Assembly (NCBI GenBank): GCA_046757965.1
Contig: JBHHZI010000005.1
Location: 1 to 52,406 of the forward strand
Length of the DNA: 52,406 bases
DNA from: Acidobacteriota bacterium
GTDB taxonomy: Bacteria; Acidobacteriota; Polarisedimenticolia; SMYD01
Reading direction: 5' to 3'
The notes under the pieces were generated by a model. That model saw only the letters and a program-made list of their open reading frames with translations. It made no database searches and was not told the DNA's origin. Of this stretch, positions 47,101 through 52,406 are shown piece by piece (the first letter of the stretch is position 1; every line of letters starts with the position of its first letter). The translations under genes and the position numbers were made by a program.

Positions 47101-50100
47101 GTGGTGGCCACCGACCGAGACGGGACCGAAATCCAGAGCGGTGACCTCGGGTCGAAAACGGGCGCTCACATCGTGGCGGTTGATCGGGCAGGTCGGCTCG
47201 CTGTCCGCGCCGTTGGTGACGGCGATCTCGACGAGGCCGTCCGCCGCGACCGCGGCCGTCTCCGCCGGGGAGAGCAGGAAGGTGCGCTGGTGGGGCCCGC
47301 ACCCGCTGAGGCCGGATCCGACCGTTCCCAGAGTGAGCCCTTCCACCTCGACCTGCGGTCTTATGGTCACGATGTCGGCGAACGCGGTGACGACGATTGC
47401 CATCTGCGACGCCGGGGTGGCCGGGAGGGAAAGGGTCTGGACGGTCCGGGCGCCGGCCTCGGTGAACGGGGCGCTCGCATCGATCTGGATCTCGTCACCG
47501 CCCACGGCCAGGTCGGGGGAGCCGATCAGGGTCAGGTCCACCGGCACGAGGACGGACGGTTCATCGGGGTCATTGCTGTGGACGACAACATCGACATGTC
47601 GAGCGCCGGCCATCTGCCCCGTGGCGTCGAAGACCACCGGAATGACGAGCGATCCACCCGGCTCCACCGAGCCGCTGGTGAGCCCGACGCGGACCACGTT
47701 CGTGTTCGCAGGCTCCAGGGCGAGGTCGAACTCCAGGAGGCCGGTGCCCAGGTTGGCCACCGTCAGCGTGCTCTCCTGGGTGGTGCCGACCGGCAAGCTG
47801 GCCGTCAGAAAAGCCGGCGCCACGCTGACGACAGGCGGCAAGATCCCCTGGCCGGAGACCGGCAAGGTCACCACCGGCGAATCCGGGTCGTTGTTGTGCA
47901 ACGTGACGGCGCCGGAGAGGGTCTTCTCCGCTGTGGGCGTGAGGGTGAAGACGATCTGCTGGGAGCCACCTGGCGGCACCGAGAAGGTGGTCGGCGAGAT
48001 GACCAGGTCGGCGTCCGGAAAGACGATGTCGCTGACGTCCAGGGGCCGGACACCGGTGTTGCTCACGATGAGCCGCCTCTGCATCGAGCGCCCGACAAAG
48101 ATGTCCCCGAAGTCCAGCCGATCGCCGCTCACCTCCAGATCCGGGCCGCCGCTCACCTCCAGACTGACCGGCACGCGGATGAGTGGCCGGGAGGGGACGT
48201 TGGTGTCGAGTCGCAGGCTACCGGAGAAGGTCGTGTCATCGGCCATGCCGGCATCGAAGGTGACGTCGACGGTGCGGGTCTCACCGGGCGGAATGACCAG
48301 GTCAAGGGTCGAGAGATGGGCCCATTCGGGCAACTGGGCGGCCTCCAGGCGGAAATCGTCGAACTCGGCGAGTGCCAGCGGGTGAATGACGAACGGCGTG
48401 TCGCTGACATCTGGCGCGGTGATGCGCATCTCGACGCGAACCGTCTGTTCCGCGAACGGCACCAGGTCCACCGTCCGGAGTTGCCAGCCCAGATCGGTAA
48501 GGTTCAAGCTCGGGAACGGACCGGAACCGGGTGCGCCCTCCAGCACCTCGCGGGCCACCTCCGCCAGGACATTCCCCGCCAGGTCCGTGATGGTTGCCTC
48601 GTAGATGCGGGGCAGGCCGGACTGGTCGAAGAAGAACTGGAGACGATCGGAGAAGCTCAGATCCGCCTGCACCGTGCCCAGCGGCACGTGGATCTCCTGG
48701 GAGAGAACATAGGTGAGTGCGCCGTTCTGGCCGGAGAGGGGGTTGAACGCGTCGAAGAAGCCCTCCAGAGGAGCGTTGCGCGGACGCGCCGCGCCGAAGC
48801 GGCCCACTGCCCACGGGCTGGCGGGCGTCTGCGGGCCGTCCACCGTCGTGGTCCAGCCATCGAAGTCTCCCGTCTCAAAGCCCGGGTTGGTGAGGGTCAG
48901 AGGCGGCAGGATGGTCACCGCGAGCCCGTCGGTCAGATAGGTCGTGTTCGACGCGATGGTCAGACCGCTCTCCCGCGTCCCACTCTGGATGCCGACCGTG
49001 GCGCTGTCCGTGATGCCGCCGGTGTCGAGGTACTGGAAGACGATGCGTCCCCCCCGGTACAGGATGATCTCGAAGGTCAGGTCGGCCCCGCCGCCCACCC
49101 GGTTCACGTCGCTGTATTGAATGATGCAGCGGGTTCCGTCGTGCAGCACCGACACGCGGCTTCCCCGGTCGAAGTCAAGGTCGTCGAAGAAGGGAGCGAT
49201 CAGGTTCTCCGGGACCTCAGGACCCTGGTTGGGAAGCTCGTCTGGATTGCTGAAGGAGGACAGCGAGCTGGTGAAGCTCACCCAGCCGTTGGTGCTCACC
49301 TGCAGCGCATCGAAGGCGGACCCGTAGAACGGGAAGTCGAACCCGATCTCCACCGGCGCGCTGGTGACGTCATCTCCCGACAGGTCCACGGCCGTGCCGG
49401 TGTCGCGGATGTCAATCCAGGAAAACGCGGGCCCCCCTGCCATGGTGCTGTCGAGGTACGTGTAGCCGAAGAAGTCCGGGGCCGGAACAGGGGCTGTCGG
49501 GTTGGTCTCGTCACCCTTGGCCCGGGCAGTCCAGGACGCCACCGTCGCCGTGCTGGGCAGGGCGCGCTCGAAGTCCAGATCGACCACCAGATCGCTGGCG
49601 CCGGTGTTGGTGATCTGCACCGGGCGAGTCACCGTCTGACCGGTGAACAGCGTCTCGGACAGGGCGGCCGGGGCGATGGCGATGGCCGGGGCGGGCACGC
49701 CCTCGCCGGTGACAGGAATGGTCAACGACGCGCCGTTGGGCGCGTTGCTCGCCGGCGAGACGAACGCGTCCAGCGGTCCGGCGGCGGAGGGGGCGAACGT
49801 GATCTCCACGGACCGGGCCTCCCCGGCCGGGATGATGAGCTGCATGGTCTGGAGCGACAGGTCGGCCGTCGTGGAAGGAATATCCGAGATCACCAGCGCC
49901 TCCGAGCCGATGTTGTCGATGCGAAGTGTGCGGCTCTGCGTGTTGCCGACCAGCACCGGACCGAAGTCGAGTGAGGCGGGAGACACGGCGATGGCGGCGC
50001 CGGAGGCCACCCCGACCTGGAGCGGATGGCGCAGCAGCGGCGTGGCGGGATCGTTGGAGAAGACGTCGACCAGGCCGGTATAGGAGCCCGGGGCCAGCCC

Positions 50101-52083
50101 GGCCGCGTCGAGGGTGAGGGTCACCGACGCGCTCTCCCCGGCCAGGAGCCGACCGGCGGTGGGACCGGCGGTGAGGACACCCGGGACCATCTCGCCGGTG
50201 GCATCGGCCAGGAATGGTTCGGGAAGGCTCCAGTCGAGGGTGCCGAGTCCGACATTCTCCACGGTGAGGGTGGCGCGAGCGGTCTCGCCGGTGAACAGGG
50301 ACAGGGAGAGCGCATCGGGAGCGGTCGCCACGGTCGGGGCAGGCAGCGTGGTCGCCAGCGCCACGTTGCCGAACGGACCGCTGTTGGCCCAGTCATCCTT
50401 GCCCTTCACCGCGACCTGATAGGTCGTGCCGGCCGCCAGCCCGGTGAGTTCGACCGTCTGGGTCTGGCCTGCCGGCACCGGCACGGGTGATGCCGTGGCG
50501 CGCGACGCGGCATTGAAGGTGGTGGCGTCGAGAGTCTTCGTGGAGAAACGGATGTCGTAGGAGCGCACGATGCCGTCGGCCCCGTCATCGCCGGGTGCGG
50601 TCCAGGTCAGCAGGAGTGAATTGCTGGAGGCGGCCGCCGCGGCGAGATCGGTGACCGGAGACGGGGGAATGGCATCGGGCGTTGCCAGCGCATTGAACAC
50701 ATTCAGGCGGCCGCCGGAGACGGTGATGTTCTCCAGGGCTGGCAGCGGGTCGGTCCCGCCGAGAATCAGGTCCTTGATCTCCAGCGCTGTCAGTTCGGGC
50801 TGCACCGACAGGATCAGCGCGGCGGCGCCGCTGACATGGGGCGCCGCCATGGAGGTCCCGGAGGCGACGCCAAAGGCGCCGAATGGCAAGGTGCTGAGGA
50901 CATCCACACCGGGCGCTCCCAGGTCGACGGTCAGCGGGCCGAAGTTCGACGGAAACACGAAGTGGTCGTTCCTGTCGGTGGCCGCCACGGCGATGATGTT
51001 GTCGAGATCGAAGGCCGCCGGGTAGGACGGGCTGTTATCGATGTTGCGACCGGAGTTGCCGGCCGAGGCCACGAACAGCACTCCCGCTGCCCCGGCCCGG
51101 TCGATGGCGTCGAACAGGGCCTGGGAGAAATTGTCGCCTCCCCAGGAGGCATTGATGATCTGGGCTCCGATGTCGACGGCATAGTCGATGGCGCCGATGG
51201 CGCCGGCCGTGGTCCCGCCGCCGTTGGAGGCGAGAAACTTCAGAGGGAGCAGACGGACCTTCCAGCTCACCCCGGCGATGCCCACGCCGTTATCTCCCAC
51301 CGCGCCGAGGATGCCGGACACATGTGTGCCGTGGCCGTTGTCGTCGGAGGGATCATTGGAGCCGTGAACGAAGCTCCAGCCGTGGATGTCGTCGACGAAG
51401 CCGTTCATGTCATCGTCGATTCTGTTGCCGGCGATCTCGCCGGGATTGACGAAGATATTGGCGGCGAGATCGGGATGGGTGAAGTCGATGCCGGTGTCGG
51501 TCACGGCCACGAGAACGTCATGGCTCCCGGTGGTCACGTCCCAGGCCATCTCGGTGCCGATGTCCGCGCCGGGGACACCACCGTCCTGTCCGGTGTTCTT
51601 CAGCGCGTACTGGCTGACGAACTGGAGGTCATCCGGCAGTGTCTCCGCCTGGATCAGATAATTGGGCTCCACGAACTCCACGAGGGGATGCTTCCGGTAG
51701 CGCTCGACGATCTTCTCCGTGGTCTGTCCCGGAGGCAGATGCCACTGCTCGGCTCCGGAGTGAAACCTCTTGACCTTGGTGGCGTTCATCCCGCTCCGGA
51801 ACTTCTCCCGGTCGGCGACGGTGGCCCGTTTCTTGAAGTTGATGAGAATCTCACCGTCGACATGCGGCCCCAAGAGATGCGCCTGACCCTGTGAGAGCGC
51901 AATGGGCGCCGGCAGCGCGCGGCCTCTCGGGAGCGGGGTGCCGATGTGGGCGGTGGGAGTGCTTGCCGATGATGCGGTGGACTGGGCCGAGGGGTTGCTG
52001 CCGGCGGAGAGCATGCCCGCCGCACCGAGAACGACCATGAGCGAGAGAGGCCTGCCGAAAGAGACGGAATTCAACGGGCGCAT
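38185..52083 (-). CDS. Giant (4632 aa) secreted S8 subtilisin-family serine protease with FN3, repeated Ig-like (choice-of-anchor-D/ASH-like and BACON-like) stalk domains, nidogen-like, Kelch-like and unknown inserted domains
   Basis: Signal peptide and prodomain (VEFVEPNY). Catalytic motifs VAVTDTGID, HGTHVSG, ASAGN and GTSMAAPHVSG. Recurrent LDFG..VG, N.G...L and SNDP motifs. RBS GAGGGGG. Uninterrupted 13.9-kb frame. Confidence 0.93.
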   Translation of the reverse strand: MRPLNSVSFGRPLSLMVVLGAAGMLSAGSNPSAQSTASSASTPTAHIGTPLPRGRALPAPIALSQGQAHLLGPHVDGEILINFKKRATVADREKFRSGMNATKVKRFHSGAEQWHLPPGQTTEKIVERYRKHPLVEFVEPNYLIQAETLPDDLQFVSQYALKNTGQDGGVPGADIGTEMAWDVTTGSHDVLVAVTDTGIDFTHPDLAANIFVNPGEIAGNRIDDDMNGFVDDIHGWSFVHGSNDPSDDNGHGTHVSGILGAVGDNGVGIAGVSWKVRLLPLKFLASNGGGTTAGAIGAIDYAVDIGAQIINASWGGDNFSQALFDAIDRAGAAGVLFVASAGNSGRNIDNSPSYPAAFDLDNIIAVAATDRNDHFVFPSNFGPLTVDLGAPGVDVLSTLPFGAFGVASGTSMAAPHVSGAAALILSVQPELTALEIKDLILGGTDPLPALENITVSGGRLNVFNALATPDAIPPSPVTDLAAAAASSNSLLLTWTAPGDDGADGIVRSYDIRFSTKTLDATTFNAASRATASPVPVPAGQTQTVELTGLAAGTTYQVAVKGKDDWANSGPFGNVALATTLPAPTVATAPDALSLSLFTGETARATLTVENVGLGTLDWSLPEPFLADATGEMVPGVLTAGPTAGRLLAGESASVTLTLDAAGLAPGSYTGLVDVFSNDPATPLLRHPLQVGVASGAAIAVSPASLDFGPVLVGNTQSRTLRIDNIGSEALVISDIPSTTADLSLQTMQLIIPAGEARSVEITFAPSAAGPLDAFVSPASNAPNGASLTIPVTGEGVPAPAIAIAPAALSETLFTGQTVTRPVQITNTGASDLVVDLDFERALPSTATVASWTARAKGDETNPTAPVPAPDFFGYTYLDSTMAGGPAFSWIDIRDTGTAVDLSGDDVTSAPVEIGFDFPFYGSAFDALQVSTNGWVSFTSSLSSFSNPDELPNQGPEVPENLIAPFFDDLDFDRGSRVSVLHDGTRCIIQYSDVNRVGGGADLTFEIILYRGGRIVFQYLDTGGITDSATVGIQSGTRESGLTIASNTTYLTDGLAVTILPPLTLTNPGFETGDFDGWTTTVDGPQTPASPWAVGRFGAARPRNAPLEGFFDAFNPLSGQNGALTYVLSQEIHVPLGTVQADLSFSDRLQFFFDQSGLPRIYEATITDLAGNVLAEVAREVLEGAPGSGPFPSLNLTDLGWQLRTVDLVPFAEQTVRVEMRITAPDVSDTPFVIHPLALAEFDDFRLEAAQLPEWAHLSTLDLVIPPGETRTVDVTFDAGMADDTTFSGSLRLDTNVPSRPLIRVPVSLEVSGGPDLEVSGDRLDFGDIFVGRSMQRRLIVSNTGVRPLDVSDIVFPDADLVISPTTFSVPPGGSQQIVFTLTPTAEKTLSGAVTLHNNDPDSPVVTLPVSGQGILPPVVSVAPAFLTASLPVGTTQESTLTVANLGTGLLEFDLALEPANTNVVRVGLTSGSVEPGGSLVIPVVFDATGQMAGARHVDVVVHSNDPDEPSVLVPVDLTLIGSPDLAVGGDEIQIDASAPFTEAGARTVQTLSLPATPASQMAIVVTAFADIVTIRPQVEVEGLTLGTVGSGLSGCGPHQRTFLLSPAETAAVAADGLVEIAVTNGADSEPTCPINRHDVSARFRPEVTALDFGPVSVGGHHSRTLHLENLGTDTLTISSIASSEPRFVPEAATLDLAPGATTDLEIAIFPDAISTVSGELTLLSNDPDTPSVMIALTGQGVAAPSASLSPVAIDVTLLLGESASRILTLTNGGPGDLDFSLDGPVPLGSVTPSSGNVPAGSSMSLVYQVSTTAAAPGRFPGELRLATNDPLAATIVVPIEITVVGIPDIRLAGQSVRLLSFFFRSSNGVQSEKDFDVPVPPGTAPVFEMLSTGNPASDTSTRLSADGRVLGSVSDTGTCGLVTRDFTLPLEEAARLFADGRVTVELTETISTQNSCSRRKDHFITLTYLGRTDELDFGDVFTGTGKTRSVTVMNPGTALLSVQVETDDPAFATGVETLDLLPGDQTPVSVVFTPPTTGAHEAVLLLSTNDPDQPEIRLPLHARGLVPPELAVEPAAINTSVPVGEDAAAALLLRNDGGSPLRFQIVPTSSLPQIDIQPDRGAVDAGASIPIQLTVRTASDPVGLVKGTIRITTNDPAHPVMNVPIAVTITGTPDLLIGDPLTVSSQSSFSLTGGSTHHALPLPASLAGPVDLAVTVTGDFDRSDEFATVHLESAVIGTVGDLGCIPSGRTFHLDAETVASLASDGVIEVDVTNSGSVGLTACLANTHQVSLTVLRPVTALDFGVVVVGDSVEKRLEVKNLGDDLLRVDPVGFSSPEFVGSASSLAVAPGGSAMLDISFAPAIPGAANGVLSLTTNDPDTPQVDISLRGTAVPAPALVVTPATIDATVAEGGHTTTTVTVSNPGNNTLEFALAAQNAPFVAVDSTLHTLAPDQTVDLEVDLDARGLNAGSFAGNLIVTSNDPRAPHLEVPITLTIQAAPDVELSAAPVQFPRSTRVFTAGSTTHHLFPVIEPIGGDGQLTLTLVGLFRPGDFVQLFADGVSLGGIIGQRSFCSTVRKTFSIDEEVLQAIAADHLIDVSVVNSPLVFPSCFQNLHQVELEYTGSLTPLDFGTLVTVGDSATRTVHISNQGSQPLQVLGAIPSAGSFTVSPETLTVAAGATAPMEVTFTLDQLGTVDEQLVLQTNDPDEMAPAVSLHAVGQLAASLAVEPALLSVSLAEIEQTSRTLTLINDGDGPLTFQLVLMPGGQEQVVLSGSAGIVPPHGSLPVTVTVNSRGLALGRTDFVILVASNDPVRPRLNVPLQVTSVAVPHILVSGEGAADVSTVDFTTAGATTSHAFALDDLPAGLATVQVVVDGNFRSVSERASIFINSVFRGVVGGSGASCTPHKRTITLSTRELVSLARDGDLHVDIVNSPAILPSCPVNRHTVSFTARPPVRSIDLGDLFENESGTATVNIENLGSRVLNVAIATPPGITAAPPVFNVGRNKLFPVTLTLTENSPGPVSRTVVVNSNDLINPHLSLPVTAVVVEPPVARVTPAALDETLFAAQQVSRSLVLSNDGTAALTYTVGIQPEDSLVTSSGSGTIPPGGSTLIGVDIDTGRLAATGTFQAEVQIATNDPRAAMIRVPVRVVITSGPRLLLASGPLSVESRVSFPFSFGAMTSHSLAVPPDLLPGTRLVVTAIGDFGAFNETARVELEGTVLGTIGTNAADCVPFSTVFQLDPALVATAAADGLLEVTVSNTSSVAPSCSGLDEHRVRVEGHVPASSLDLGEVLVGNTVEATFGLFNAGNAELNVLSFADVASDLTLTPQTLTVPPGATGEVMVRFAPSAAGPLPPALRVVSDDPVSPRVDLSLLGAGLAPPAANVDPGQLAATVDEGQIVSETLTVSNTGGSDLVFDVDVDLLPPDAVTATSQTLSGPGGSPSAAARPVALQPLAPTPVPMTGLVVDPASGILYGQAFDGVAFFRYDPSVRVWEPLASAPLPARRGAAASVLDGKIYLAYVGTRDVLLVYDIANDAWAVRTHPAPAVLVAALAPGAMAGDGVRFLYIAIGRSLLRFDSTSGGTVFLAGLPLSSGRFILQEAGMALHDGSLYVVGGTDGFNLNRPPVFLRYDIATDTWTKLDPPPFPGDLGAVVDPITREFVVTDQDHLMRYSLDEAVWSVTDLPFFAVTHGGVAWLGAPVPGVVVAQGRDGPGFARMLSGPAFIRVEPASGSVAPGNAVDVSVILDARRLRPAAYNATLTLRSNDPVTPALPVSASLTVQGVPDIAIAPETVTVQSVASFDGPGASTTHRLPVASPPVGDLTVRLAVDGDFGDPGEVATVSAGSLDLGPSARGLRDCRPSASAFVVSPDDLAGGALAGGFLDLTVTNSDRVSSFCPRNEHAVTLLYGRAVEQLDFGTASVGFPTTRSVTLLNQGHANLHLLSLSASADGLQVPSAPVVIPPGGRFLLPTTFTPTAAGVLAATLTITSDDPDQPVIPVALRGEAILPPRITVEPVAVETALPPRSSLPRTRTAVLRNDGLSDLVWQLDTLATIAAAGGPAPGDWLDLAKDDESANGTGALTATRFRGPDPFGYTATDSDEPGGPAFSWVDVSAAASPLLISGDDTNSGPVAIGFGFPFYGEVFDTVNVSSNGWLSFTSTRSSFSNPDRLPNTGFSVPENLLAPFFDDLDLGGKQSIEAFADGDRFVIQFNAVARHTSGGDLTFQVILYPDGRILFQYLTLSGILDSATVGIQNGEKTSGLLVAYNEPYLHDALAVEFRPRPEWLEADPTSGVVSPGTEQTLTLTLTTRDLDDADVFARLDLTTNDPAHPVTSIPVTLHSRQVDLDQFAIEPGSLNLGSMGQTVRASLQLPAPFNPHDIVIDSVSIDGKLFANPAPVEFTDADGDGREEIGLKFDRQAFIDLLPDGEQPQVTITGEVRDQTWFIGSGSVRALRPKLLRPRGGELVLAGGVYDVAWEPLPMSGSLTYDVLLSVDDGATWSVLAAGLTKTSHAWPVSGPDSRAARIRVIGSTPGGAVGSDTSDETFAITTLEKPPHAVSSLRLTRANDATQARWMPPAVDPTHDAARAYRLEAASRPEGPFTPVASTAALQFPVAEPVDAGAIVFYRVIAANTGGDAIP
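40345..47523 (-). repeat. Protein-level tandem repeat, ~975-bp (~325-aa) period, seven units
   Basis: P-D-I/L-type anchors recur at ~47523, 46551, 45573, 44598, 43611, 42633 and, after an extra ~900-bp propeller insert, 40752. Each is followed by a two-Cys domain and LDFG/LDLG/IDLG. Highly diverged at DNA level. Confidence 0.85.
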
Positions 52084-52133
52084 GGTGATCCCCCTCGCTG
52101 TCTGAAACTGTTTCGCGCTGCTGGGCTCCTCAC

Positions 52134-52162
52134 ACTATACGGAAAGATTCATGAAACTTCAA
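52134..52162 (-). promoter_or_regulatory. Putative sigma70 promoter of the giant protease gene
   Basis: TTGAAG-N17-TATAGT on the minus strand with an upstream T-tract (UP-element-like), ~50 bp before the ATG. Confidence 0.6.
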
Positions 52163-52406
52163 CAAAAAACAGCGAGCTGTCCGCAAATCCCACAAATCAT
52201 CCCTCGATGTTCCCGGAACGCATCTCCAGCCGGCCGGACGAGATGTCTCCAGATGTTCCCATGGCCAGCCTGAAGTCGTGGCGGCACGACGGTCGAGGTC
52301 AAGTATCTGTCTGTCGGCTCGAGCCTGCCACGAAACACCCTGGTGTCGACAGCCCGTCGTGACCTGAAGAACACCAAGTTCCCGTTGTTGAAAGCCCGCC
52401 ACCACC

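Noticed and set aside
38185-52083. Diversity-generating retroelement or shufflon as the source of the variable inserts
   Set aside because: No reverse transcriptase, recombinase, near-identical TR/VR pair or inversion sites in the window; the repeats are anciently diverged.
52130-52405. Small ORFs upstream of the giant gene
   Set aside because: They overlap the predicted promoter, have no recognisable motifs and lie at the window edge.

Overview
High-GC bacterial chromosome segment spanning the replication origin. An Acidobacteriota-like host is my inference from gene content and order; it is not verified. From left to right: (1) the end of a surface-glycan locus (5'-truncated coiled-coil SAM methyltransferase, two GT4 glycosyltransferases, an O-antigen-ligase-family membrane protein); (2) mfd, a GT2 polyprenol-phosphate glycosyltransferase and an orphan periplasmic-binding lipoprotein; (3) an F1-only atpHAGDC operon; (4) bactofilin-parB-parA with two perfect parS palindromes; (5) rsmG-mnmG-mnmE-yidC-yidD-rnpA-rpmH; (6) DnaA-box spacers on both sides of dnaA, then dnaA-dnaN-recF-gyrB-gyrA continuing directly into a three-subunit acyl-CoA carboxylase; (7) a convergent 13.9-kb gene for a 4632-aa secreted S8 subtilase. 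The most striking object is that giant protein. It has a stalk of alternating Ig-like domains with two fixed insertion sites. These carry seven highly divergent copies of a ~125-aa two-cysteine domain I cannot name, two nidogen-like domains, a jelly-roll-like domain and a Kelch-type propeller. Other oddities: recF has no ATG/GTG/TTG start and an ACG sits exactly at the Met1 position; AtpD has a Bacteroidota-like insertion; three short AT-rich patches lie inside conserved motifs of core genes; and a split parS-like palindrome sits at the predicted dnaA transcription start. No rRNA, tRNA, CRISPR array or mobile element was recognised.
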